DNA of 59,133 nucleotides. Origin: Clostridia bacterium (GTDB lineage Bacteria > Bacillota > Clostridia > RGIG6154). Under the pieces are notes generated by a model. That model ran no database searches. It was not told the origin of the DNA and saw nothing but the letters and a program-made list of their open reading frames with translations. The translations under genes and the position numbers were made by a program. Below, in pieces: positions 32,309 through 43,356 of this stretch. The first letter of the stretch is position 1. Each line of letters starts with the position of its first letter. The stretch is taken from contig JAZNOU010000014.1 in assembly GCA_045589295.1 (NCBI GenBank), forward strand, positions 1 through 59,133. Reading direction: 5' to 3'.

Positions 32309-32725
32309 ATGCCAACATTTAACCAGTTAGTTAGAAAGGGTAGAGAAACATCTGTTAAAAAGTCTACTGCTCCTGCACTTTTGAAAGGTTACAACTCAAT
32401 TAAAAAGACAGCAACCGATCAGCAGTCACCGCAGAAGAGAGGCGTTTGCACATATGTAAAAACAACTACTCCCAAAAAGCCTAACTCAGCTCTTAGAAAG
32501 ATTGCCAGAGTAAGATTGTCAAACGGTATCGAAGTTACATCATACATTCCTGGTATCGGTCATAACTTACAGGAACATAGCGTTGTTCTTATAAGAGGCG
32601 GAAGAGTTAAGGATTTACCTGGTGTACGTTACCATATCATCAGAGGTACACTTGATACTTCAGGTGTTGCTAACAGAAATCAGAGTAGATCTAAGTATGG
32701 CGCAAAGAAAGCAAAGAAAAAATAA
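32309..32725 (+). CDS. rpsL: 30S ribosomal protein S12
   Basis: [30 protein letters not shown]. Confidence 0.99.
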   Translation: MPTFNQLVRKGRETSVKKSTAPALLKGYNSIKKTATDQQSPQKRGVCTYVKTTTPKKPNSALRKIARVRLSNGIEVTSYIPGIGHNLQEHSVVLIRGGRVKDLPGVRYHIIRGTLDTSGVANRNQSRSKYGAKKAKKK

Positions 32726-32853
32726 TCACAAACTATGAATTAAGATAGTGCTTTAAGGGCATTTTATATATAATATATTTTGCCACTTTTTAGCGCTTGC
32801 GGCATTTTATGCCGAGTACCTGTGATTGATATCACAAAAAGGAGGGAAGAAAC

Positions 32854-33324
32854 GTGCCAAGACGTGGCTTTATTGCAAAAAGAGAGGTTTTACCGGATCC
32901 TATGTACGGTAGCGTTGTAGTTACAAGACTTATCAACAACATTATGTTAGACGGTAAGAAAGGTGTAGCTCAGAAAATCGTTTATGATGCATTTGACATC
33001 ATTAAGGAAAAAACTGGTAAAGAACCTTTAGAAGTTTTTGGTCAGGCTATGGAAAACATTATGCCTGTACTCGAAGTTAAAGCTAGAAGAGTTGGTGGTG
33101 CTACTTATCAGGTTCCAATGGAAGTTAGACCTGAAAGAAGACAGACTTTAGGCTTAAGATGGCTCACAGCTTACTCAAGAGCGAGAGGCGAAAAAACCAT
33201 GAGAGAAAGACTTGCAAACGAAATTTTAGATGCAATCAACAACATGGGCGGAGCTGTTAAGAAGAAAGAAGATACTCACAAAATGGCTGAAGCTAACAAA
33301 GCTTTTGCACATTACCGTTGGTAA
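32854..33324 (+). CDS. rpsG: 30S ribosomal protein S7
   Basis: [24 protein letters not shown]. Confidence 0.99.
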   Translation: MPRRGFIAKREVLPDPMYGSVVVTRLINNIMLDGKKGVAQKIVYDAFDIIKEKTGKEPLEVFGQAMENIMPVLEVKARRVGGATYQVPMEVRPERRQTLGLRWLTAYSRARGEKTMRERLANEILDAINNMGGAVKKKEDTHKMAEANKAFAHYRW

Positions 33325-33393
33325 TCTTTTTAACAATTTGAATTTATCTGATTTTTTAATAAAATCAACTATTCTCGAAAGGAGGAAATTAGT

Positions 33394-35502
33394 ATGGGCA
33401 GAGAGTATTCATTACAGAATACAAGAAATATCGGTATCATGGCTCATATCGATGCCGGTAAAACTACCACAACAGAAAGAATTTTGTTCTATACAGGTAA
33501 AAACCGTAAACTTGGTGAAACTCATGACGGTTCTGCTACAATGGACTGGATGGTTCAGGAGCAGGAACGTGGTATTACCATAACATCTGCGGCTACAACT
33601 TGTTTCTGGGAACCTCAGGTAGGTCCTTTCAAAGGAATAAAGAACAGAATCAATATTATTGATACACCTGGTCACGTAGACTTTACAGTTGAAGTTCAGC
33701 GTTCACTTAGAGTATTGGACGGCTCTGTTACAGTTATGTGTGCTAAGGGCGGTGTTGAGCCTCAGTCAGAAACAGTTTGGAGACAGGCTGACGACTACGG
33801 CGTACCAAGAATGATTTATGTTAACAAAATGGATATTATGGGTGCAGACTTCTACAACGTTGTTAACATGGTTCATGATCGTCTTAAAGCAAACGGTGTT
33901 CCGGTTCAGCTTCCTATCGGTTCAGAAGATACTTTCAAAGGTATCGTTGACCTTATGAATATGAAAGCTGAAGTTTATTACGATGAAATGGGTACAAAGT
34001 ACGGCACGGAGGAAATTCCTGCTGACATGCTTGATAAAGCTCAGGAATACAGAGATAAGATGGTTGAAGCTATCGTTGAAACAGACGAAGAGCTTATGGA
34101 TAAGTATTTAGAAGGTGAAGAAATCACCGTCGATGAACTTAAAAAAGCATTAAGAAAAGCTACAATCAACAATCAGATTGTTCCTATGCTTTGCGGTACT
34201 TCATACAGAAATAAGGGCGTTCAGCTTCTTTTGGACGCGATTATTGAATATATGCCGTCACCAGTTGACGTTCCTGCTATCAAGGGTGTTAACCCTGATA
34301 CAGAGGAAGAAGAAACAAGACCTTCTTCAGACGAAGAACCTTTTGCATCTTTAGCATTTAAGATTGCAACAGACCCATTCGTTGGTAAGATTTGCTTCTT
34401 CAGAGTATATTCAGGTTCAGTAAATGCAGGTTCTTACGTTCTTAATGCGTCAAAAGGACACAAAGAAAGACTCGGAAGAATCCTTCAGATGCATGCTAAC
34501 CACAGAGAAGATATCGATACTGTTTACTCAGGTGATATCGCAGCTGCAGTTGGTCTTAAGAATACAACTACAGGTGACACACTTTGTGATGAAAAACATC
34601 CTGTTATCTTGGAATCAATGGAATTCCCAGAACCGGTTATCAGCGTTGCTATTGAACCAAAAACAAAAGCAGGTCAGGAAAAGATGGGTATTGCTCTTCA
34701 GAAACTTGCTGAAGAAGATCCAACTTTCAGAACTTATACAAACGAAGAAACAGGCCAGACAATTATTGCTGGTATGGGTGAATTGCACCTTGAAATTATC
34801 GTTGACAGACTTTTAAGAGAATTTAAAGTTGAAGCTAACGTTGGTGCTCCTCAGGTTTCTTACAAAGAATCTATTACTAAGACTGTTGAAACAGAATGTA
34901 AGTATGCTCGTCAGTCAGGTGGTAAGGGTCAGTATGGTCACGTTGTTATGACAATGGAACCATTAGAACCAGGTGCTGGTTACGAATTTGTTAACAAAAT
35001 TGTCGGCGGTGCTATTCCTAAAGAATACATTCCATCAGTTGATGCAGGTATTCAGGGTGCAATGCAGGCAGGTATTTTAGCAGGTTACAACGTTGTTGAC
35101 GTTAGATGTACTCTTACTTATGGTTCATACCATGAAGTAGACTCATCTGAAATGGCGTTTAAAATTGCTGCATCTATGGCATTTAAAGATGGTATGAGAA
35201 AAGCAGATCCTGTTCTCTTAGAACCTATTATGAAGGTTGACGTTGTTGTTCCAGACGAATACATGGGCGACGTTATGGGTGATATCAACTCAAGACGTGG
35301 TCAGATTCAGGGTATGGAAGCAAGAAACGGTGTTCAGGCAATTGCTGCATTTGTTCCACTCTCAGAAATGTTCGGATATGCAACAGACATGCGTTCAAAT
35401 ACTCAGGGTAGAGGTCAGTACACCATGCAGCCGAGTCACTTTGAACCTATTCCAAAATCTATTATGGACAAGATTATTGCTGAAAGAGCAAAGGCTGAAT
35501 AA
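33394..35502 (+). CDS. fusA: Elongation factor G
   Basis: [29 protein letters not shown]. Confidence 0.99.
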   Translation: MGREYSLQNTRNIGIMAHIDAGKTTTTERILFYTGKNRKLGETHDGSATMDWMVQEQERGITITSAATTCFWEPQVGPFKGIKNRINIIDTPGHVDFTVEVQRSLRVLDGSVTVMCAKGGVEPQSETVWRQADDYGVPRMIYVNKMDIMGADFYNVVNMVHDRLKANGVPVQLPIGSEDTFKGIVDLMNMKAEVYYDEMGTKYGTEEIPADMLDKAQEYRDKMVEAIVETDEELMDKYLEGEEITVDELKKALRKATINNQIVPMLCGTSYRNKGVQLLLDAIIEYMPSPVDVPAIKGVNPDTEEEETRPSSDEEPFASLAFKIATDPFVGKICFFRVYSGSVNAGSYVLNASKGHKERLGRILQMHANHREDIDTVYSGDIAAAVGLKNTTTGDTLCDEKHPVILESMEFPEPVISVAIEPKTKAGQEKMGIALQKLAEEDPTFRTYTNEETGQTIIAGMGELHLEIIVDRLLREFKVEANVGAPQVSYKESITKTVETECKYARQSGGKGQYGHVVMTMEPLEPGAGYEFVNKIVGGAIPKEYIPSVDAGIQGAMQAGILAGYNVVDVRCTLTYGSYHEVDSSEMAFKIAASMAFKDGMRKADPVLLEPIMKVDVVVPDEYMGDVMGDINSRRGQIQGMEARNGVQAIAAFVPLSEMFGYATDMRSNTQGRGQYTMQPSHFEPIPKSIMDKIIAERAKAE

Positions 35503-35518
35503 TTCTATAAAATTATAG

Positions 35519-35547
35519 TTGCAATTTATGGAAAAATAGTTTATAAT
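35519..35547 (+). promoter_or_regulatory. Internal tuf promoter
   Basis: TTGCAA-N17-TATAAT. Confidence 0.75.
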
Positions 35548-35601
35548 AGTAGTTACAATAATAATTAATTTTGTTTTTATAAAAAAAGGAGGAAATTAAA
35601 A

Positions 35602-36804
35602 ATGGCTAAAGAAAAATTTGAAAGAACCAAGCCCCATGTCAACATTGGTACTATCGGCCACGTTGACCATGGTAAAACATCATTGACAGCAGCAATCACA
35701 AAAGTTCTCGGTATGAAAGGTCAGGCTGAATTTACAGACTACGCTAATATCGATAAAGCTCCAGAAGAAAGAGAAAGAGGTATCACAATTTCAACAGCCC
35801 ACGTTGAATACGAAACAGATGCTAGACACTATGCACACGTTGACTGCCCAGGCCACGCTGACTATGTTAAAAACATGATCACTGGTGCTGCTCAGATGGA
35901 CGGTGGTATCTTAGTTGTATCAGCAGCTGACGGTCCTATGCCTCAGACAAGAGAACATATCCTTTTGTCAAGACAGGTAGGCGTTCCTTACTTGGTAGTA
36001 TTCTTGAACAAAGCTGACCAGGTTGATGATCCAGAACTTCTCGAATTAGTAGAAATGGAAGTTAGAGATCTTCTTAATGAATATGAATTCCCGGGTGATG
36101 ATATTCCGATAACAATCGGTTCAGCTCTCCAGGCATTAGAATCAACATCAACAGATGTTAACGATCCGGTTTACAAACCAATCCTTGACCTTATGAATTC
36201 AGTTGACGAATTCATTCCTACACCTGAAAGAAAAGCAGACCTTCCATTCCTTATGCCTGTAGAAGACGTATTCTCAATCACAGGCCGTGGTACAGTTGCT
36301 ACTGGTAGAGTAGAAAGAGGTCAGCTCAGAACTTCAGAAGAAGTTGAAATCGTTGGTCTTTCAGACGAATCAAGAAAAGTTGTTGTTACAGGTATCGAAA
36401 TGTTCAGAAAACTTCTCGACTATGCTGAAGCAGGCGACAACGTTGGTGTACTCTTAAGAGGTATCCAGAGAAACGAAATCGAAAGAGGACAGGTTCTCGC
36501 TAAACCAGGTTCAATCAAACCTCATAAGAAATTCAAAGGCGAAGTATACGTTCTTACAAAGGACGAAGGTGGCCGTCATACACCATTCTTCAACAACTAC
36601 AGACCACAGTTCTATTTCAGAACAACTGACGTTACAGGTGTTATCAACTTACCAGCAGGTACAGAAATGTGCATGCCTGGCGATAACGTAACAATGGATG
36701 TTGAACTTATCACTCCTATCGCTATCGAAGAAGGATTAAGATTTGCTATCCGTGAAGGTGGTAGAACAGTAGGTTCAGGTGTTGTTACAGCTATTAACGA
36801 CTAA
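35602..36804 (+). CDS. tuf: Elongation factor Tu
   Basis: [31 protein letters not shown]. Confidence 0.99.
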   Translation: MAKEKFERTKPHVNIGTIGHVDHGKTSLTAAITKVLGMKGQAEFTDYANIDKAPEERERGITISTAHVEYETDARHYAHVDCPGHADYVKNMITGAAQMDGGILVVSAADGPMPQTREHILLSRQVGVPYLVVFLNKADQVDDPELLELVEMEVRDLLNEYEFPGDDIPITIGSALQALESTSTDVNDPVYKPILDLMNSVDEFIPTPERKADLPFLMPVEDVFSITGRGTVATGRVERGQLRTSEEVEIVGLSDESRKVVVTGIEMFRKLLDYAEAGDNVGVLLRGIQRNEIERGQVLAKPGSIKPHKKFKGEVYVLTKDEGGRHTPFFNNYRPQFYFRTTDVTGVINLPAGTEMCMPGDNVTMDVELITPIAIEEGLRFAIREGGRTVGSGVVTAIND

Positions 36805-36815
36805 TAACTGAATTT

Positions 36816-36847
36816 AAAAAAGCTTGGGTTTTGCCCAAGCTTTTTTT
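36816..36847 (+). terminator. tuf terminator
   Basis: AAAAAAGCTTGGG-ttttg-CCCAAGCTTTTTTT. Confidence 0.85.
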
Positions 36848-36854
36848 GTTTCTC

Positions 36855-37008
36855 AAATGTGAATATACATTCACATTTAGTTTTGCAAATTTGTTCGCAT
36901 CTGTCTTGCGCCTCACTTCGTTCGACACAATCAAATTATTACAAAGTTTTTTGGGAAAGGGGTTAAAGGGGAAAAGCACTTTCTTTTAAGAAAGGTTTTT
37001 CCCTTTTA
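36855..37008. repeat. Palindrome-rich REP/MITE-like element
   Basis: Perfect IR AAATGTGAAT-atac-ATTCACATTT, a CTCACTTCGTTCG segment and a long GGGGAAAA...TTTTCCCT hairpin between two terminators. Confidence 0.45.
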
Positions 37009-37026
37009 TAATTTAATATAAAAATT

Positions 37027-37051
37027 AAAAGACGCGGGTTGCGCGTCTTTT
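37027..37051 (-). terminator. Terminator of the PPIase gene
   Basis: AAAAGACGCG-N5-CGCGTCTTTT. Confidence 0.75.
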
Positions 37052-37060
37052 TCCTCTTGA

Positions 37061-38221
37061 TTAAAAACCCCAGTCGACTTTTACTTCTGCAGTTTTTTCG
37101 TACTCTTGTACAATGTTGTCAAGCATCTGTGATACTTCATCGCTGAAGTTCATTTCAAAGTATTCGTCAAATGTGATTGTTTCACTTTTTTCAAGGCAGT
37201 AAAGAATGTGATATCCGTAGTCAGATTTTACAATGTCTGAGAATTTACCTTTTGTAAGCTTTACTGCGGCTTCTTCAAATTCAGGTACAAAGCCTGAGCC
37301 GATGAATACTTCGTAGCCGGTGTCTGGCATACCAGGGTCATTTTGTTTATAGTTTTCTAAAAGCTTTTCAAATTTTTCACCTTTTTTTAGCTTTGCAAGA
37401 ACTGATTTTGCTTCAGCTTCATCAGGGATTAAAATGTGCTTTACTGTTGCAACAGGAAACTTTGCCAAAGATTTGTTTTTGTCAAATTCGGCTTTTTTCT
37501 CTGCTTTGAAATTTTGAATTTCCTCGATTTCATTTATAAGAATTTCGGTTAAGGGAACCATTAATTTGTGTTCAAGATAATTTTTTATGTAAGCTTTTTT
37601 AAAATCATCTATCTTGAAATTGTTTGATGCAAGTAAAAGCTCTAATGCTTCAACTCCGCCGTAGCTTTCAACATATTCTGCATATGATTTTTCTGCTTCT
37701 TCTTTGTCTGCATCTGTGTTTTTAAGACCGTATTTTTCAAACATTTCTGTTTTGAAAGCAACCCATTTTACAGATTCGGTTATAGATTTTTTTATTTGTT
37801 CTGTAGTCATTGGCGGGTCGTATGCTTTGTATGAATTGTACAAGTCCATAATGTAGTCGTTGTCAATCTTTATGCCATTTACGGTCATTGTTGTTTCCTT
37901 GATAATAGGAATATCAATTGACTGCATTCCGTTTGACGGGAAAATAGGAGTTTTACCAGGCGATGTTAAAATTGCGGTTTGTGTTTCATCATCCCAGTCG
38001 ACCTGAAGACCTAACAGGTTTCCCATATCGCGAAGTCCTAAATATGTTCTTCCATCATGAACAAAGTTTGCCACTTCAACTTTTTGTCCGTCTAACGTAA
38101 CAGTAACGTAGTCAACCAAGACGTTAATTGATTTTGAAATGCTGTCTGCGACAGCAGGAACCATTGTTATTGAAAAAGCAACAACAGAACCTAAAATAAA
38201 GCTTAAAATTTGTTTTTTCAT
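37061..38221 (-). CDS. Secreted protein: copper-amine-oxidase-N-like (stalk) domain fused to a parvulin PPIase
   Basis: Signal peptide; GRTYLGLRDMGNLLGLQVDWD; VKHILI, DPG, FVPEFEEAA, SDYGYHIL. Confidence 0.8.
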   Translation of the reverse strand: MKKQILSFILGSVVAFSITMVPAVADSISKSINVLVDYVTVTLDGQKVEVANFVHDGRTYLGLRDMGNLLGLQVDWDDETQTAILTSPGKTPIFPSNGMQSIDIPIIKETTMTVNGIKIDNDYIMDLYNSYKAYDPPMTTEQIKKSITESVKWVAFKTEMFEKYGLKNTDADKEEAEKSYAEYVESYGGVEALELLLASNNFKIDDFKKAYIKNYLEHKLMVPLTEILINEIEEIQNFKAEKKAEFDKNKSLAKFPVATVKHILIPDEAEAKSVLAKLKKGEKFEKLLENYKQNDPGMPDTGYEVFIGSGFVPEFEEAAVKLTKGKFSDIVKSDYGYHILYCLEKSETITFDEYFEMNFSDEVSQMLDNIVQEYEKTAEVKVDWGF

Positions 38222-38276
38222 TGTATAATCCTCCTGTATGTAAACATTATACCATAAAATATGGTTAATGTCTATA

Positions 38277-41200
38277 TTAATAAAGCGTTTCTAACGGAAT
38301 AGGAAAATGCTCACCGGTTGCGTACCACATTTCATCAAAATTAAAATCAGTAAAAGTGCTTTTATCTGCAAGTTTTTGTTTTTCAACACTTGTTGCATGG
38401 CAAGTGCCTAAACTGCAAGGAGTATCTACATTGTTGTTATAATAGCAGTTGATTACGGCAGAGGTGTTGTTGGCACAAATTCCGCCATAGCTTTTGGCAT
38501 TTACCTCATCTGAGGCAGAATAACAATTTACAAGCGTACCTGAGTTTGCACCCGAAATTCCGCCTGCCAATGTTTCACCGCTGGAAGAGGTTGTGGCATA
38601 AACGTTTAAAATGTTTGCACTATCTGATACAGTACCTGAGTTAGTACCGGTAACACCACCAGAAATAGTTAGTGCAGAGCCTTTGGAAGAAACACTTCCG
38701 TAATTTATACTTCCAGCAATAATCCCGTGATTTGCGCCCGAAATTCCGCCTGTAACTGAACTTGAAGAAGAAGCACAGATATCTTTGGTGTTGGAGCATG
38801 AAACTAACATACCGCCAGACTTATTAATCCCTGCAATGCCACCTGTACTTGTATATCCGTTTAAAATGTTTGAAATTTCAGACTGGTTGGAGCACCTGTA
38901 GATAAGACCGGTATTTAGTCCGCAAACGGCTCCTGAATATTTACCTGATATTTTAGCATCAGAAATTGTCAGGTCGTAAATTTCGCCGTGATTTTTTGCA
39001 AATAATCCGCCAAATTCACCGCCTGAAATTTCAAGACCTGTTATTTCATATCCGTTACCCAAGAATGTGCCAAAGAATCCAAAAATATTGTCGCCTATCG
39101 GTGAGAAGTTGTGTTCTTTTATATATTTTCTCATGTCAATATTGCCCATTAGAGTAAAGGTGCTTCCTAAATATTTTCTAACATTATCTAAATGCTCGGC
39201 AGTTAGAATTATATATGGGTTTGTAATGCTTCCGTTGCCACCTGCAAAGTCACGAACATTTTCTGAATAGGTTTTTGTAATGTGCAGATTTTCCTTTAGC
39301 TGAGGGTAGTAATACGTCCTGCTAGCTGGGGTCGTCCAGATATCTTTGGAAAAGTTTTTAAGGTTTTCAAGGCTTGAAAAATCTTCGGAAGATATTCCAA
39401 GTACAGATACTTCGTTAATATTTTCACCGCCACATGCAGAAGGCAGAGTGTGGTCATAATATGAATTTGAAACATAGCCGCTGCCAGACCCTACAATGGA
39501 GCCTACATAGCTTGTATTGCTTGAGGTAAGACCGTAACCGATATTGTAAACATTAGAAATTCTTATATCGTCTCCGCCACCAGCAATACCGCCTGCAAGT
39601 GCAATGGTTGGGGATTTTGAACTATGATCGCCTGTGTTGTAGCAGTTTTTTACCTGCCCTTCTAAAAGACCCGTAATACCGCCTGAGTAGGCAGCTTCTT
39701 TGTTTGAGAAAGAGAAAACTTTTCCGTTATTAACGCATTTTTCAATGGTTTCAAAGTTTTTACCGGAAATACCGCCCGCGTAGCTTGTTTTTTCTTCGGC
39801 AACAGATAAAACTCCGCCCCAGTTTGTAGAGGCAGCAACAGTTTTATGATTTACGCCCACAATACCGCCACCTGCAACAGAGGCAAAAATATCTGAGTAA
39901 TTGGTACAATTTGTGACATTTCCGTAGTTTATACCGGACACCGAACCTGCATCTCCGGACTTTGAACCTATACGGGAGTCTAAAACTTTAATGTTAATGA
40001 TATTTCCGTAGTTTATTCCACATACCGAACCGGCAGCTTTATCACCTTCAATTCTGACATTTGAAAAGCCAAGATCTTTTATTGTTCCATAGTTTTGGGT
40101 AACAAGACCACTGTTTTGTAAATCGGAATACAATATTTCAATTCCGTAGATGATTGAATTATTGCCCAAGATTGTTCCGTTAAAATTTTCAATTGGCGCA
40201 AACCCTTTACCACCATTGTTTAAAATGCCTTTTGAAGAAATATTACCTGCTACTATATCACTTAAAACAGTAAAGTGAGCGCTTGGGTACATTCTTATGT
40301 TGTAAAGGTCATTTAAGGTTAAAATAACAAACGGGTGTTCTTTACTTCCGTCACCTGAAGTGAAGTGTTCAGGAGTTTTCAATTCTGAATTTTGCATATC
40401 CTTCAGGAAAGGAAGTTTTCCGGGGACGTTTTCCCATATATCGTAAAAATTAATGCCCGGCAAAGATTTTTTAGAGAAAAGTTCAACAAATGTAACGTTT
40501 CCGTCCCATTTTTGATTATATCTGTCAAGGTAATAGCAATAGGTGTAGGCAGCATCGGAAACAGGGTAAAACTTTCCAATCCCGTTCTCAAAGTAAAGGT
40601 CAGATGTTGTTATTGAAGACAAGACGTTTCCGCCTGAGGCAATACCAAATATTATTGAAGAACTGTCGCTTCCGATAATATCACCTGAAAGCAAACAGTC
40701 AGAAATTTCACCTGTATTGACAACACAAATTCCGCCAACAGTATTCCCTTTTAAGTTTCCGTTGTTAACGCATCTTTGAATGGTGGAATTGTTTGCGTAT
40801 GCAATTCCTGCAAGGTTTTGCCCTATAAGATTTGAGTCGTTTCTGCAAAGGGTAATAACACCATTGTTTTCAAGTACAAAAGAGGCAGAAAATTTTCCGT
40901 AAAGAGTAAATCCGCTTGTGGTAAGCTTTGTAATTATACCATAGTTCTTATCAATAAGAGAGCTTATGTTTTTTTGGTTAAGTCCTGAAATGGTATGATT
41001 ATTACCATTTAAATAACCTGAAAAAGATGAAATTGTTTTAAATTCATTTGATTTTGATAAATGTGATAAATTTATGTCGTTTAAAAGTATAAAACATTTT
41101 GAGGGATATTTTGCAATATTGACAAAATGCATTGGTGTTACAATCTTAAACGGATTGTCAAAGCTCCCTGTTCCGCCTGCAAAATCGGTGGTGTTTTCAA

Positions 41201-43343
41201 CTAAAGTAATTTCTTTTGGATTTTTTATAAGTTCAGGGAATGAGTCACTTAATCGCCACACATCAAAGTCTAAGAGCTCAAAAGAACCCTTATGTTTTGC
41301 CTGAACTTCACTTCTTGGAAATGCTTCAATATTTCGTACAGTAGAAGATGTGGCAGTTGTTCCTTCAAGGTAGTAGCTTTTGTGAATTTCGCCAAGGTTT
41401 TCAAATGCTAAAAGACCGCATTTGTTTCCGCCTACAAAACCAAAGCAGCAACTTGAAGTAATAGTGCCCTCGTTTTTATAAGAAATTCCGCCAGAAAAGG
41501 CTGCGGTAACAGTTCCGCTTGCTTCGCAGTTTAAAATAAGTCCTGCATTTAAATATGCAAGAAGAGCAGCACTCTTTTTACCCGAAACCGTTCCGTAGAA
41601 CACATTGCTTTCCAAAGTTCCACTTTTTAAATTATTCATAACAAGCCCGCCGCCTGAAGCGCAGTTTATATAAGCATCTGAAGAGCAGTTCGTAACAAGA
41701 CCTGAGTTGTTTAAAACAAGTGAAGATGCACTGTTATTAGCATAGATAATAAAATTGCGTATGTTAACATTTTTAATTGTGCCCGCATTGTTTTCAAAAA
41801 GCGAAACACTATCCCCAAGAGGTGAATAAATGATAAGGTTTGAAAGATTATAGCCACTGCCATCGTAAGTGCCCGAAAAAGGCTTGTTGGAATTTCCAAT
41901 CATATCAAACTGATTTGTGTTTTCAAAAGAAATATTTTTTGTTTGCTTAAAGTTTGAACCCAGGTGATTTTTTATGTTAAGAAAGTGTTCTTTTTCAGAT
42001 ATTATGTAGGGGTTTGCTTTACTACCGTCACCGCCACCAAATTCTTTGAAATTTTCATTTTTAAAGTAAACGTTTGACTTTAAGGTTGGGAAATTGTTTT
42101 CATCGGTAAGTTCAAAATCACTTAAAGCCATAAAAATAGTTATTAAAGCATTTTCAGTTACCTTGTACTCGCCAGACGAAAACATTTTTGAACTGTAATA
42201 ACAGTTTTGAGGAGTCTTTGGGGATTCTTTCATTGTAATTGCACGTGCCTTTGACCCAGAAATCACCCCTGTATTAAAACAGTTTTCCAAATTGCCGTAG
42301 TTAAGCGCACAAATTCCCACAGATGATATGTCGTATGAGTCACCTGTGTTAAAACAGTTTAAAATTTCTCCTTCATTGATCCCACATATTCCTGAGGCAA
42401 TGCCATCCGAACACGAAATTAAGGATGTGTTGTAACAGTTTTTAATGCTACCCACATTTATATTACAAATGTTTCCAGTGTACTTTGTAGCAAGACTTTG
42501 GGATTTGTGATTGGTATTGGAAATATTGGCACAGTTTTCAATCAAGCCTTCATTTTTATGTGCAAAGGCAAAGTGTATATCAGGGTTTGAAAGCTTGATA
42601 TTGGTAACCTTTCCAGAAGCTTTAATATTTTCAAAAATAACATTTAAAGATGATTTTGAGTCAAGTCCCGTTATTTTAAACCCGCCGCCGTTAAAACTAC
42701 CGCCAAAAGATTTGATGGGGTAAAAAATAAAATCGCAATCTTTTAGATTAAGGTCAGATTTTAATTTATAGTGTTTATCGGGGTTTAATTCAATATTTCG
42801 CAAATGAAAAACCGAGCTTATTATATATGGTGAATCTTTTGTACCATTACCACCGCCGTAAAGATGGGTAGTCATTCTTGAAATAATGATTTTTGCTTGT
42901 TCTTTTGTAAGGAAATCATCACATCTGAAAGTAAAATCATCGTGTCCTGTGATGATTTTAAGGTCAGTAAGACTTTTAACAGCAGGTTTTGCCCAGATAT
43001 GAATTCTGTCATCATCATTAAAACCGGTGTCAAGGCAAGGGTATGTACCCATAATTCTTCCTAGTATAACACTAGCTTCTGCCCTTGTGAGAAAGTCTTT
43101 TGGGTTTATATTTCCATTTTCATCTCCTAAAAGATATCCGTAGTCAATTCCTGCTCGTATGTCTTTGAAATATGGGGAACTAACAGGCACGTCGCTGACA
43201 GGAATGGAAGAATCTGATGATATTAAAAGGGCAGAGTTTATCATTTGGATAAACTCCTGCCTTGGAATGTTTTCATCAGCCGAAACCGATAAAGAAAAGA
43301 ATATTAAAAATGTTAAAAGCAAAGCAAATAATACTTTCTTCAT
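38277..43343 (-). CDS. Large SLH-anchored surface protein with GLUG/beta-helix-like repeats
   Basis: Signal peptide, SLH (LTRAEASVIL, IITGHDDFTF), five GGxGsxxxPY/F units, many GGIxGxN motifs. Confidence 0.85.
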   Translation of the reverse strand: MKKVLFALLLTFLIFFSLSVSADENIPRQEFIQMINSALLISSDSSIPVSDVPVSSPYFKDIRAGIDYGYLLGDENGNINPKDFLTRAEASVILGRIMGTYPCLDTGFNDDDRIHIWAKPAVKSLTDLKIITGHDDFTFRCDDFLTKEQAKIIISRMTTHLYGGGNGTKDSPYIISSVFHLRNIELNPDKHYKLKSDLNLKDCDFIFYPIKSFGGSFNGGGFKITGLDSKSSLNVIFENIKASGKVTNIKLSNPDIHFAFAHKNEGLIENCANISNTNHKSQSLATKYTGNICNINVGSIKNCYNTSLISCSDGIASGICGINEGEILNCFNTGDSYDISSVGICALNYGNLENCFNTGVISGSKARAITMKESPKTPQNCYYSSKMFSSGEYKVTENALITIFMALSDFELTDENNFPTLKSNVYFKNENFKEFGGGDGSKANPYIISEKEHFLNIKNHLGSNFKQTKNISFENTNQFDMIGNSNKPFSGTYDGSGYNLSNLIIYSPLGDSVSLFENNAGTIKNVNIRNFIIYANNSASSLVLNNSGLVTNCSSDAYINCASGGGLVMNNLKSGTLESNVFYGTVSGKKSAALLAYLNAGLILNCEASGTVTAAFSGGISYKNEGTITSSCCFGFVGGNKCGLLAFENLGEIHKSYYLEGTTATSSTVRNIEAFPRSEVQAKHKGSFELLDFDVWRLSDSFPELIKNPKEITLVENTTDFAGGTGSFDNPFKIVTPMHFVNIAKYPSKCFILLNDINLSHLSKSNEFKTISSFSGYLNGNNHTISGLNQKNISSLIDKNYGIITKLTTSGFTLYGKFSASFVLENNGVITLCRNDSNLIGQNLAGIAYANNSTIQRCVNNGNLKGNTVGGICVVNTGEISDCLLSGDIIGSDSSSIIFGIASGGNVLSSITTSDLYFENGIGKFYPVSDAAYTYCYYLDRYNQKWDGNVTFVELFSKKSLPGINFYDIWENVPGKLPFLKDMQNSELKTPEHFTSGDGSKEHPFVILTLNDLYNIRMYPSAHFTVLSDIVAGNISSKGILNNGGKGFAPIENFNGTILGNNSIIYGIEILYSDLQNSGLVTQNYGTIKDLGFSNVRIEGDKAAGSVCGINYGNIINIKVLDSRIGSKSGDAGSVSGINYGNVTNCTNYSDIFASVAGGGIVGVNHKTVAASTNWGGVLSVAEEKTSYAGGISGKNFETIEKCVNNGKVFSFSNKEAAYSGGITGLLEGQVKNCYNTGDHSSKSPTIALAGGIAGGGDDIRISNVYNIGYGLTSSNTSYVGSIVGSGSGYVSNSYYDHTLPSACGGENINEVSVLGISSEDFSSLENLKNFSKDIWTTPASRTYYYPQLKENLHITKTYSENVRDFAGGNGSITNPYIILTAEHLDNVRKYLGSTFTLMGNIDMRKYIKEHNFSPIGDNIFGFFGTFLGNGYEITGLEISGGEFGGLFAKNHGEIYDLTISDAKISGKYSGAVCGLNTGLIYRCSNQSEISNILNGYTSTGGIAGINKSGGMLVSCSNTKDICASSSSSVTGGISGANHGIIAGSINYGSVSSKGSALTISGGVTGTNSGTVSDSANILNVYATTSSSGETLAGGISGANSGTLVNCYSASDEVNAKSYGGICANNTSAVINCYYNNNVDTPCSLGTCHATSVEKQKLADKSTFTDFNFDEMWYATGEHFPIPLETLY

Positions 43344-43356
43344 TTAAGAAACCTTC

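Noticed and set aside
36855-36878. TGTGA...TCACA palindrome as a CRP or Rex site
   Set aside because: Spacer is 8 bp rather than 6, and it lies between convergent gene ends.
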